Positions 13,833 to 26,438 of a stretch of 64,000 nt of DNA are shown here, piece after piece (the stretch's first letter is position 1; the number at the start of each line of letters is the position of its first letter). The translations under genes were made by a program, and so were the position numbers. Source of the stretch: Balamuthia mandrillaris (lineage: Eukaryota); assembly GCA_031835245.2 (NCBI GenBank), contig JAVKOQ020000032.1, positions 124,001-188,000 of the forward strand, given 5' to 3'. Under the pieces are notes generated by a model. That model saw nothing but the letters and a program-made list of their open reading frames with translations. It had not been told where the DNA came from and did no database searches.

Positions 13833-14399
13833 ATGGACTACTTTCAGGATTACAACACCGAGTTGGAAGCGCTTGGCACTGAGCCCATGGGGGTTTCGCA
13901 AGGTTTTTCTTTCTTTTGTCTTTTTGTTTGTCTTTTATTGTTGCTTACGAGTGCACACTGTTCTTGTTCTTCTTGTTCTTCTTCTTCTTTCTTCTTGTTC
14001 TTCTTCTTGTTCTTCTTCTTGTTCTTCTTGTTCTTCTTCTTCTTCTTCTTCTTGTTCTTCTTCTTCTTCTTCTTCTTGTTCTTCTTCTTCTTCTTCTTGT
14101 TCTTCTTCTTCTTCTTCTTGTTCTTCTTCTTCTTCTTCTTCTTCTTCTTCTTCTTCTTCTTCTTCTTCTTCTTGTTCTTCTTGTTCTTCTTCTTCTTCTT
14201 GTTCTTCTTCTTCTTCTTGTTCTTCTTCTTCTTCTTCTTGTTCTTCTTCTTGTTCTTCTTCTTCTTCTTCTTCATGTTCTTCTTCTTCGTCTTCTTCTTC
14301 CTCTTTTGGTTTTTAAGATGTGCACAAGGACAACCTCTTCAAAAAGTCCCACGCGGTGGACATGGAAGGCACTGGCATGGTGGTACCGTTTTTTTCTCT

Positions 14400-14453
<54 letters not shown>

Positions 14454-17400
14454 GTTCCCTCGCTTTCGTTGTGTTCTATGTACTTCTTTTAGCGTTTCTT
14501 TCTTCTGTTCTCTTATTTACGCTCCGTGCTTTCCTCGCCTCCTCTCCCTTATTTTCTCACTTTTCTCCTCTGGTCTCTCTTCTATTTTCGATTTGTTAAA
14601 ATATTAAAACACAGGAACGGGGATTGAAGACAAGCTTTTTTGACCTGTGGAAGGCCATTAGAGGGTACCAAGAGGTTCACGGGCACCACCCACCCTTTCC
14701 TCAGGATGAAGAAAAGATCAAGGAAGCCATTTTTAATTCTCCACACGTTCAAGAGGTACGTTAATTTGGCTTCAAGAGAGCAGAGAGCCAAAGCATAGAG
14801 AAAAAGAGAATAAAAGGAAACGAGAAGAGAAGAGGAGAAAAGAGAGAAGACAGGAATGCAAATGCCCATTACTCATACAATGAGCATTTTAGGCCATTCG
14901 ACATTTTGCAATAGAGAACTCGCTCACGGAGCGACACGCACATGAGAAAGTGAGAGGCATGTTGGACCTTATGGTTGCCAAGTTTGACTCGCGAGTCGCT
15001 CGTTCTTTTGAGTATGTTATGACAAAGGTTTTACGGCGGCTGTTTGTCTCTATCCAGGTTGACGAACGAGGACTCGAAATGGTTTGATTTCTTTATACTA
15101 TTTATTGTTGTGTTGTTTCTCTTCATTCATTTTCTTATCTTTATTAATCTTTTTGTAAACAAAAAGGTGAAAGATATAGCAGATACAGGCGTGCCAATAG
15201 TGTTAATGCCAACTCACAAAAGTCACATAGATTACATCGTTATGTCCATTATTTGTTTCCATTGCAACCTCTCTTTGCCTTATATTGCTGCTGGAGACAA
15301 CCTCAACATCCCCGTCATTGGTCCTTTGCTTCGGTCTCTATTTTCTTCCTTGCACTCTTTTTAAACCCTCCTACTTTTTGTTTCTTCTAGGCTTGCTTCC
15401 TTAATGCTGACCTTCGCTTTTCCGATGCACAGGAAAGCAGGAGCCTTCTTTATAAGGCGCCAATTTGGAACAGACCCTCTCTATGCTATTCTGTTCAAAG
15501 AATATGTGGAACAAATCTTACGAGGAGGTATTACCAACACAAACATTAAAATAATAACAAAGCAAACAATACTCACAACTAATGAACCAAACAGGACACA
15601 TGATGGAGTTTTTCGTGGAGGGAGGACGGAGTCGTAGCGGTAAAGTCTTGCGGCCCAAGATGGGTCTTCTCTCCGTCATTGCCAATGCCGTCATGTCCCA
15701 GAAAATTCAGGACGCAGTGCTCATCCCCATCTCTATCAACTATGACAAAGTGGTGGAGGGAGAGTCCTACACGAAGGAACTATTGGGAGCGAACAAGACG
15801 CCGGAATCGCTGATGGGAGTATTGAAGAGTGCTAAATTGTTGAAAGTAAAGTTTGGCAAAGTGGACGTAAACTTTGGTACGTTCTTCTGTTTATTCTTTT
15901 CACATGTCATTTGCTTTCCTTTTGTTGAGTTAACCCAAAACACAACTGTTTTAAAAAACATAGGAACTCCTATTTCAACCGCAAGATTTTTGAGTCGTAA
16001 AGAACAACAACAGTTCACGAAACAATCCTTAACACACACAACGGACGAACGAACGAAACCAAAACAGACGAACAAACAAAAAGAAACAGAAGCAGAAACA
16101 GAAATTCAACCAGAAGTTGAAAGAGAAGAGGAAGACGCTGAGAATGACGACGAAAAGGAAATGGAAGCCAAAGAGACGGAGGAGCAAAATAAAGCAACAA
16201 ACACGAAAGATCTGTTGGGAGAGGAGCCTGAACCTGAAGTTCGTCGGTTGATTCGGGCTTTAGCCTACAGGTATCTTTCTCTTTCTTTTTGTTTCATATG
16301 TCTCTCTATCTGTGATCATTCTCATGACATGGCCAATATAGAGTGCTGTACGAATGTAACAAAGTGTCAATGGCGCGACCCACGGCTCTAGTTGCAACCG
16401 TTCTACTAACGCACCATGGCAGAGGCATAAGCCTCTCCGATCTTTGTTCACGAGTGGAGCAACTCTGCAAAGAAATCGTGTTACGCGGTGGCCGTGTTGC
16501 TGGCTTTAACGTACGTCTTTCTTTTTCTCTTTTCCCAATAGGAAAAAAGCCAAACAAAAACTAACTATTGTAAACCTTTTGTGATTTTTTTTTGTTTCAC
16601 AGAGTGGAAAAGGTCACAGCAGCCTTCGGCTCATAGAGAATGCGTTAGCTGTGCTCGGCTCGTTGGTGAAGCACCACAAGAATCTGTTGGAGGCTGTCTA
16701 CGAGCCCATTCAACGCTTGGAGCTGACCTTCTACAAGAACTCGATCGTTCACTGGTTCGTGTCGGAGGGAATGGTGGCCCTCGCATTGTACGCCGCCATG
16801 AAGCCCAGTTTCAGGGACTTGGACAACGCTCGCGTGCTAAAGGCCGATATTTTGGATCGTGTTAAATTCATATCGCAACTTCTTAAACTTGTACTTATTC
16901 TTCTCTCACGCTTCTCCTTGCTCTTCACACTTCGTAGTTGTTTACTCGTTCGCTTCTCTCCTTGTTTACATTTCATCCATCTTTTCAGGAATTTATTTAT
17001 AAGCCATCACCCGACATCATCGAGAACTTTGAGGTCTCTCTCTACCACATGCAACAACGCGGCATCATCCGCCTAGAGAACGAACAAAAGACCATCCGCA
17101 GCGGCGACATCACCGCTCCTCCTCCCACCAGCCTTCTCCTTTCCGCCTCCTCTCCATCTTCTTCTGTGCTTCTTCAACCCAACTCGACGTCGGATGTCGA
17201 CTCTGCCAATGACGTTTGGATCTCGTTGGACTCTCGGCGGGACAAAAATCATCAGACTTTCCTCTTCCTCTGTTCCCTCTTTTGGCCATTTGTGGACTCG
17301 TATTGGCTGATCGCCAGCACCGCCCGTTCTTTGCTCCGAGGCAACGTGACCACCACCACCTCCAACTTTTTGGCCCGAACGCGAACCTTTGCCTATATCA

Positions 17401-17735
17401 GGTATTTCGATGGGGAGCTCAACTTTGTGGAGGCGATGTCCCACGAGACGCTCACCAACGCTTTGGACATGTTTACTGAGATGAAAGTCTTTCGGTGCGA
17501 CCGGTTCGTTTTTTTTTCTGTTTTGTTGTTTGCCGCTTCTCTTCTGTCTTTCTCATCCCAAACAAAAACAAGAGTATTTTCAGCCAAAGTGACGACCGTA
17601 AAGTTGCGACAGGCCTACGTGAAGAAGGGAGGCAAAAAGCTGAACGCCCTGGTGGATCGCATCCAAAGCTTCCGTCGGGAGGCATGGCTGGACGCCAAAC
17701 ACCTCGACCTGCCTCCTGCCCTTGCTCGTCTCTGA
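13833..17735 (+). CDS. PlsB-family glycerolipid acyltransferase, probably peroxisomal DHAP acyltransferase (GNPAT-like)
   Basis: Motifs LMPTHKSHIDYIV (HxxxxD), GAFFIRR, FFVEGGRSRSGK and IPISINYDK. A consistent GT-AG exon chain can be traced. The C-terminus is ...PPALARL*, a PTS1-type tripeptide. Confidence 0.88.
13960..14302 (+). repeat. (TTC)n/(TTG) microsatellite inside intron 1 of the acyltransferase gene
   Basis: About 340 nt of TTC repeats with interspersed TTG. This produces spurious poly-S/F/L/K ORFs. Confidence 0.95.
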
Positions 17736-17933
17736 CCCGGTCAATTTCACGACGACATGAATTGATGTCTACAAATTTTCATAAACAGATATATTGTCGA
17801 CTTCATTTCATTATCCGATCTATCGTAAAATGGACCAATGGCAACGCGAAGTTGACGTCAATTTCGGCTAAATTACCGGTTAATATAAATTGTAATGAAA
17901 AAAAAAAGAAGGAAAAAAAAAAGAAGAAAAAAA

Positions 17934-19170
17934 ATGAACCAAGAAGACGAGGACTGCGGTGGCGAGAGTTGCAGTATCTTCTCCAAAGACAGGCCGCCTG
18001 GCCACCCTGTGCCCACCAAAGACAAAGATAAAGACAAAGCAGAGAAGAAGGAGGAGGATGACGAAGAAACGGAAGAAGTGACCTCCTCCTCCACCGCGGA
18101 AGAAACGGCGGCCTTTGTGCTGAGAGAATACGTCGACACCGAGGGAGACGTCTCGGAAGGAGCGGTTAGCGGTGGCGAGACCCCCACCACCCAACGAAGG
18201 AACGGCAGCAACGTGTTCACGAAGAAGAAGAACAACAGGAAGCCGACAAAGAGGAAGAGGAAGCAGAAGCAAGGACCGTCGCTCAAGGGAAGAATTGTGG
18301 TGTATTCCGTGAGCGGCTGCCCGCATTGTCGCTCTGCCAAGTCCACGCTGCTCAAGCAGGGCCTGCCCTTTGTGGAGGTCAACCTGGATGACCATCCTGA
18401 CTTTAGGGAGGACATGATCGAGCGGACCAAGAAACATATTGTGCCTCAGATCTTTTTCAATGACGTATGGGCTTTTCTCCTTTCTTTCTTATCGCTTCTC
18501 CATTCTTGTTCTCTTTCTCTTTCATCGTTTCTCCTTTTTCTCTTTTCTCTTTTTTGCTCATGACAACAAATGAAGGTTTATGTGGGAGGAAACGATGCTT
18601 TGCAAGAGCTTATAAAGAACAAGGAAGAGCTTGCTCGCCTCGTCCAGCTTGTTACAGACTCTAAGCCTTCCGTAAGCATCCTCTTCCCTCGTTTTCTCTC
18701 TTTCTTTCTTCTTAATTCATTCTTCATTCTGCTGTTCTTCTCATCCAACACATTGGTTTATTTCAAGGACAAGGCACCAGCAGTACCAAAGAAAAAGGCT
18801 GCCAAAGGCTCTGTCTCCTCATCCACACCGGAGGTGGAATGCCAGCCGGATGTCTATTGGGATATCATCGAGAAGATGCGTCGTCCGGTAGCTGAAGGTG
18901 GACTCTCCATCAAGAACAGGTATCTTTACCTTCTTTCTCTTTCAATCTTTTCTCTCTCCTCTCTCCTCTCTTCTCTCCTCTCTTCTCTTCTCTCTTCTCT
19001 CTTCTCTCTTCTCTCTTCTCTCTTCTCTCTTCTCTCTTCTCTCTTCTCTCTTCTCTCTTCTCTCTCTCTCTCGTCGTTTCTCTTTCGTCGTTTCTCTTTC
19101 TCTTTCTCTTTCTCTTTCTCTTTCTCTTTCTCTTTCTCTTTCTCTTTCTCTTTCTCTTTCTCTTTCTCTT

Positions 19171-19210
<40 letters not shown>

Positions 19211-19523
19211 CTCTCTTTCTCTCTTTTTTCTTAAACGTTTTTATGAAACCAAACAGAATGTATCATCTACGAAAGTATAAGAAATGTTTTATTGGAAAAG
19301 AGTTGGTGGATTGGCTGATGCAACTCGAAGACGAGAACCTGTCTTTCAGCTCTAGAAAGGACGCTGTGGACTTTGGGAACGTTCTCATGGAAAAGCATTT
19401 CTTTCATCACGTAACGTTCGCTCACATCCTTAAGGACGATGAATACTTTTATCGCTTCATACAGGACGAAGACACTTCTCGCAACGTTTTGAATACTGGT
19501 CAAGGTTTATTATTGCTTTTTTT

Positions 19524-19561
<38 letters not shown>

Positions 19562-20786
19562 TCTCTTTCTCACCTATGAAACAACCACAAGTATCTTCGT
19601 GCGAGCCACCCTCAGCTTCCGAGTTGGCCAAAGACCTGCGCAAAGCCACGGTGGCCCTCTACGACAAGTACTTGGCGCAGGATGGGCATAAAGTGAACTA
19701 CAAGGGAATTGCGCAGGACGAGGACTGGGCCAAGTATAAGAGCAAATCCTACGAGCTGCAACGAGTGGACATCTCTGATCTTAGTGATGAACAAAAGGTC
19801 TCTCTCTCTCTCTCTCTCTCCTCTGTTCCATTAGCTCACTTGAGCATGTAAACAACGTACAAACATGAAGTTGGCGTTCTTCATAAATGTATACAACGTT
19901 CTGGTGATACATGCTCACGTGGAGCTGGGACCTCCCTCCAACACTTGGCAGCGATACAGCTTCTTCAATCGTGTGGGCTATCGCATTGGCGGTCGCATCT
20001 TCTGTTTGAATGACATTGAAAACGGTTTTCTCCCTCTCTCCTTTCTCTATATTGTGTTGGTGTTGGTGTTGTTTTCTGATGATGCAACAAAAGGTATCTT
20101 AAGGGCGAACAGCAAACCACCGTACGGCCGAAAGAAACAGTTTCGCAAGTCGGACCCCCGGTTGGCCTTTGCGCTGAAGTACAAGGAGCCGCGCATCCAT
20201 TTCGCGTTGGTCTGCGGAGCGCGTTCCTGCCCTCCCGTCAAGACCTATCGCGCCAAAGACATCAATGCCTCTCTAGATGCTGCCACGTTTGCTTTCTTTG
20301 CTGGTATGACAATCCTTTTTTCTTCTCGTTGTTCTTGTTCCTCTGCTTCTTCTTCTTCTTGTTCTTCTTGTTGTTCTTCTTCTTCATGTTCTTCTTCTTC
20401 TTCTTCTTGTTCTTCTTCTTCTTCTTCTTCTTCTTCTTCTTCTTCTTCTTCTTCTTCTTGTTCTTCTTCTTCTTCTTCTTCTTCTTGTTCTTCTTCTTCT
20501 TCTTCTTCGTCGTCGTCGTCGTCTTTTTCTGCGGCTGCTTCATAGCATTGACACCAGACAAATAGAGGATGACCAGTTGAGCATCAATGAGGGCAAGCGA
20601 GAAGTAAAGCTCTCTCGCATCTTGCAATGGTATCGCGTTGACTTTGGGCGGAACGACAAGGAGATGCTGCAATGGGTGGCCAGGTACGCTCCCTCCGACA
20701 AGGCCGACCTGCTGAAGAGCTGGGCAGAGGAAGGCAAGTTTGTGGTCTCTTTCAAGACCTACGACTGGACTCCCAATGCCCTGTAA
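17934..20786 (+). CDS. Glutaredoxin + DEP + DUF547 domain protein
   Basis: Glutaredoxin: VVYSVSGCPHC...VPQIFFND-VYVGG. DEP: KKCFIGKELVDWL...GNVLMEKHFFHHV...YFYRF. DUF547: KLAFFINVYNVLVIHA...LNDIENGILRAN...EPRIHFALVCGARSCPP...LSRILQWYRVDFG. Confidence 0.9.
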
Positions 20787-20856
20787 AGTAGAATTCTTTA
20801 AAACAGTTTTTCAACATCGAACAAAACTCATGGCTCTTCTTTCTTCTTCTTGTTCT

Positions 20857-20900
<44 letters not shown>

Positions 20901-21787
20901 ATTGGGTTTTCACTATCTATCCTCGTAACCGTTTTTGTTGCTGCTGCTCTTTGGCTGGTTTGATTCGTGCCTCTTCTTCTGCTTCTTGTGCTTTCTTCTT
21001 TGGTTGCTCCGTGTGCCGTTCTTTTCGTTTGCCCAAGCATGTGCGTTGATAGTTTCTATCTCGTCGTTCTGTTGTTCCGTTCTCTTCTTCTTCTGCTTCT
21101 TCTTCTTCTTCCTCTGTTACAAGCACCATGCCATCCTGTGCTGCTTTCTCCTTCTCCTTCTTCTCTTTGCTATTTCTGGTTGTTGCGTCCTCCTCTTCTT
21201 CTTTTTCTGTGCTCAGAGTGGAGAACCGTTTTGAGGAGGAGGAGGAGGAGGAAGAAGAAGGAGGGTCCGTTTGTGTTCTGGCAAGAGTTTGTCGTGAGGA
21301 GCGTCTCGCTCGCTTGGGTCGCTGTGGCAGCGCATGCCGGTGAGCCCACACCACCAGTTCCTCTTGACCAAATTTTTTTTTAAAAAAATTGTGTCAACAA
21401 CAACAACAACTTTTAAAAGCTCCTTGGGAGGAGAAGAGAGAGAGAAAAGAGAGAAAGAGAGGGGCAAAGAAGAAAGAAAGGACCTACCAGGGCTCATCAT
21501 CATCGATGCTTGGTTTTTTTTTTGTTATGCTATTTTGTCGACAAAATCTGTTTACGTTTCAGGACGACGCGACATCCGCCGGCAATGTCGTCATGAATTG
21601 TCGACAAGTCGAAGCAAATGAAAATTCAGTCCTGATTATCGACAAATAATCATACCACGAAACAATGCACAATTTATTGGAATATTTTCTATATATATTT
21701 CGTCGACAAATAATAACCGCGAAAAAAAAATTAACAAGAAAACAATTAACAGAGCAACAAGAGAAGAGAGGAGAAGAGGAAAAGGCC

Positions 21788-22332
21788 ATGAGGCGTCCGA
21801 AACCGACAGCAGCAGCAGCAACAGGCATAGGAGGTGCTGGAGGAAACAGGCACTCTGCCTCTCCGCTTCTCTCCGGCAGCAAGAAACGGAGAAAACAACC
21901 GCTCAGGTCCTCCAAAAATCGCACCAGGGAAGAGGCCTCTGAGGGGGAGGAGGCGGAGGCGGAGGCGGAGAGGGGTCCTCCTCCTCCAGCTCAGCTGCCC
22001 GCGAAAGAGGAAGGAGGAGGCGGTGGCGGCACGGTGAGCACGTTTGCTGTGTTCATGTTGACCCTGTTCACGTTGTTGCTGCTGCTGTTCAGGGCGTTGG
22101 GCGGACGGCTGGGCATGCTCTTTGGCCACCATGCTGGCGGCGTCGGCGACGGCTACGGCGTTCTCCTGGCGGCCATCCCCCTTGCCATTCTTGTCTATTG
22201 GAAGGTGTTTTTTCTCTTCATCGTTCTCTTCGTCCTTCTCTTCTCTTCTTCATCGTTCTTCTCTTCTTCTCTCCTTCTCTCCTTCTCTCCTTCATTGCTT
22301 CTCTTTCGTCGTTTCTCTTTCGTCGTTTCTCT

Positions 22333-22366
<34 letters not shown>

Positions 22367-24573
22367 TGTCTTTCTCTTTCACTTTGCTCTTATTATTGTA
22401 GCTTTTATTCACACTTTTTGAAACAACCCAAACATAGAAACAACTGCTCTTCTTTTGGAGATGGGAGGAAGAGTCAGAAGAAAGACAAGCCGAACAAGAA
22501 GAGGAGAAAGAACAAGAACAAGAAGAAGTGGCAAAGCGAACAAAAACGAAAGCAATGGCAAAAGCAAGAGCTAAAACAAAACAGAGAAGAGTGAGAGCTT
22601 CTACGGTTCGCCCCTCTTCTTCCGGCGATGAAGCCATTCCGGAACATCACGCCTTGCACAAGCTCAAAGAGAGAAGAGCGGCCAGAAGAGGAAGTTGCGT
22701 ACACAGCGATGGAGAACTGACGGAGCAAAAAGAGTCAGAACGAAGAAGAAGGCATGAACACGAACGAGAAGAAGAGGAGGAGGAGGAGGAGGAAGAGGAG
22801 GTAGAGGAAGAAGAAACCAAACAGAAGAGAAAGAGAAATAGAAGGAAGAGAAAGAAGCGAGCGAATAAAGAGATCGTAGGAGGCGGTCCGCCAGCAGCCT
22901 TTATGTGGAGCAATGGATGGACGGACAGAGACCACCCCTACTATAGAGAACTTTCTTTGGATGAGTTGGAGGAACTTGATGAACGGGATCCGTTAGCTTT
23001 TGGTTTGTTTTTTTTAGTTCGCTTTCTTTCTATTTGTTCGTTGTTTGTGCTTACTTTCAGCTTACACATACAAGGTGCATTCGGAGTAGTATATAAGGCG
23101 CGGTGGCGGGGAGTGGAGTGTGCAGTAAAACAGTTGACCGTCCCAATTTCTAACTCATCCCTTCGAGAAGAGTTCCGACAAGAAGCAGCCATGATGCAGT
23201 TTGTTTCTGCCTTCTAAATTCTCGTTTTCTTCTTTCTTCATTCTTCGTTCTGTTCTATTTGTCTATTCTGTATCCTCTGTATCTCTGCTCTTCTCCATGA
23301 TGACAACTGACGCTGGTTTAAATAACAGGCGGTTAGGACATCATCCTAACATCATCACTTTCTTCGGAGCAATAACGAAGGGACACCATATGTACATTGT
23401 AATGGAATATGCTGAATTGGGTTCTGTGCGCGAGTTGATGGCTTCGTTTGGGTGAGTATATCCTTTCATTCGTACATCCTTCCTGCCTCTCTCTCTCTCT
23501 CTCTCTCTCAGCACGAATAATAACCGAAAGCATACACTCTAGGGCCAACAGTTGTTCCTCTCCATCACTCTCTGCTCTTTCTAGCTCAGTGCATTATAGA
23601 AACGAACCGAGAGGGCCTTTGCCATTGGATATGATAATTGGTTTTGCAGAGGATGCCGCTGTGGGTATACTTCATTTGCATCAAGAGAATGTTATCCATG
23701 GAGGTTTGTAACTGGTCATTTCTTGTCGTTGCTCTTTATTTATATTTAATCCTCTTTACTCTCTTCATCTCATCGGATGATAATACAGATATAGCAGCAC
23801 GAAACGTGCTAGTTCAAAAAGGAGGACCAACAAGGTACAGAGCAATGCTTACAGTACGTACCTCCAAAGCTAAATAACAAACAAAAAACAATAAAATAAC
23901 GAACCAACAAACGCAAAAACAGGACTTTGGTTTGAGCAAGATCAAGTCAGGCATGTCTTTTGTGACCTCTGCCAGCAATGTTGGGCCTGTGAAATGGATG
24001 GCCCCGGAAGCTATCCTTCGGAAGGAATACTCGGAGGCATCCGATGCGTGGTCCTTTGCAGTGTTTCTTTGGGAGATGGTCACGGGAGAGGATCCTTGGA
24101 GGGAGGAAGACGTGGTCACGGTTGCCAACAAGGTGGGAAGAGAGGGTGCTCATCTCCCCGTTCCACCTTATTGCGATCCTGTCCTTGCTTCTCTCTTGGA
24201 ACAGTGTTGGGAGCTAAATCCTGCTAATAGGTTTGTACCATTTTGTATAAAGAACAAGAGAGAAGAAAGCAGAAGAAAGCAGAAGACAGCAGAAGAAAGA
24301 AGAAAGAAGAAAGAAGAAAGAAAGCAAGAAGCACAACTAATGCTTACTGAAAAAAAAAAACACAAAAGGCCTTCCTTCAAACACATCCACAAAACCCTTT
24401 ACAGTTACAGGAGACGCCTAGAACACGGCAACATCGATACCTCACCAACGACCACCACCTCCACTTCATCAACCACCTCATCCCCGTCCTCCTCCTCATC
24501 CTCTTTGGACCTGGCGGGCGCCATGGCAGAAGCACAAGATGGTTACGCCCTCACCGAAATAAACTTGGGCTAA
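21788..24573 (+). CDS. Membrane-anchored tyrosine-kinase-like (TK/TKL) protein kinase
   Basis: Two N-terminal hydrophobic segments (FAVFMLTLFTLLLLLF; YGVLLAAIPLAILVYW). Spliced kinase motifs LAFGAFGVVYKA, VAVK-like CAVK, HGDIAARN, TDFG, GPVKWMAPE and SDAWSF. Confidence 0.9.
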
Positions 24574-24684
24574 TAAATGCTTTTTTGCATGCACCCCATC
24601 GTTACGAGCTGCTGAAGAGGGAAACGGTTGGCACGCGCACCGGCAATGATAGGCGCAGAAGAGGACAAGCAAAGTTCCATAGTT

Positions 24685-26393
24685 TCATTGCAACTGTTGT
24701 TGCAACGAAACAACTTCTTTCTGCAATCTTTCGCTCTTTCGTTTTTCCTCCTCCAGTTGGGCTTTCAGTGAGGTTATCAACTCCTCTTGTTCTTTCATCC
24801 GTTGCTCCATCTTATCCATTTCTTCTTTCAATGCTTTTGTTTCTTGTTCTTCCAGTGGGGACGTTGTAGCAGCCCTTCGCAACTTTTTGGATGAACTCGT
24901 CAACTTTCTTTCTCTCTTCTTTCTGTTGTTATTCTCTGTGTCTTTCTCTGGTTCGTCCCCCTTTACTTCCTCTTTTTCTTCTTCAGGCTCTTCTGCTTCT
25001 TCGTTCTCTTCTTTTGGTCTTTTTATCGACCGTTGTTTCATTTGTTGTTCTCTTTCTTCTCTGGTCCGTCTCTCCAGCAACGCTCTTTGTCTAATCATCT
25101 CTCGACTGCTTTCCTCCCTCGAAAGTATCTTTCGAATAACTTCTCTGTCAGGTAATGCTCTTGTTCCTCTCTTAACCTCCTTTGGTGTTGTTGATACTGT
25201 CGTTGCCGATGATGTTGAAGATGTCGTTGATGAAGATGACGACGACAGACTTCTTCCCATCTCTTCATCCAACAACGCAACTGCCTCTACTCCCATTCCT
25301 CCTTCCCCGTAGTGATTGAAAAGATGGTGACCTCCTCCACTTTGGTTTCCATTCGTCATCAGTTCTTTCTTTTTCGCCTTGTAAAGTTTCACAATGTCCA
25401 GTTCATAGTGAGCAGTTGAAGGAGAAGCGACAGGAGAAGAGGGTGGTGGAGGTAATGCACTTGGCGAAAGATAGCCGGAAACTTTGGAGAGGAAAGGATG
25501 AGAGAGAAGATCAGCAGCCTCTGGACGAGAGGAAGAGTCTTTGCAGAGACACAATTGAACAAAGTCCTGAAACTCTGGGGACCATGCCTCTGGGTCTTTT
25601 AACTTGGGTGCCGGTTGTTCGATGATGGACAACATTGCCTTTCGCCAAAGACACAGATAAGAACTGGAAAAGAAAAAACAGAAGGAAGAGGAGGTAGTAC
25701 CCGACAAACGTTCTTGTCCCAATGAGGAGGATTGCCTTCAGCCATTTGGATGGCGGTAATGCCTAGTGACCAAACGTCAGATTTGACTCCATAGGTTTCC
25801 GCCTTTAGGGTTTCTGGGCTCATGTACAAAGGTAAACGCATAAAGTTTAGTTAAGGAAATGGATGATTAACGAAGGAACGATGAAAGCAACAAGAAAGAT
25901 GGAAGGATATGAGTTCCAAGGACAGTATTGGCGCCTTGATGCGAAGATTGCAAATGGGTAGACGTTCCGAAGTCAGCTTCGTTGGATTACAAAAGAGGGA
26001 CCTCCGTGAGTGTCACGCACGAGTCACAAAATCATAAAAAAAATGGTTACCGAGTTTAGGTCTTCCATCTGCCGTCAGAAGAATGTTTCCCGGTTTCAAG
26101 TCTCTGTTTAACAGTAGTTAGTCAGGTGTTGAAAGGTATTGCCAGAGAACTAACCTATGCACGATGTTGATGGAATGAAGGTAAACTAATCCGTTTATAA
26201 CATGTTTTAAAATAAACGCAATGTCTTGTTCGCTCATTGTCTTTTTTTTAATAAACCGAAGCACGTCCAAAACAGAACCCATCTCACATGCTTCCATCAT
26301 TATCTTATTGAAAAGAAGAATTAGTGTATTTGAAAAAAGACTAAACGAGCAAAGAGAGGAATGATAGAGAGAGGAGAGAGAGAGAGAGGAGAG

Positions 26394-26438
<45 letters not shown>

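Noticed and set aside
13738..14599. Poly-F/L/S/K ORFs (also near 20262-20672 and 36451-36981)
   Set aside because: They are translations of intronic microsatellites inside real genes.
16270..16341. GTATCTTT donors (also near 18920) as possible GT-AG U12 introns
   Set aside because: The donor lacks the CC of the consensus and I saw no U12 branch site; treated as U2.
20917..21354. 145-aa charged ORF on the minus strand
   Set aside because: Non-ATG start, low complexity and no recognisable motif; a small gene cannot be excluded but is not supported.
23453..23470. ATATCCTTT just after a GT donor in the TK-like gene
   Set aside because: Using it as a U12 donor would read through an in-frame TGA; the GTGAGT donor gives a clean frame.
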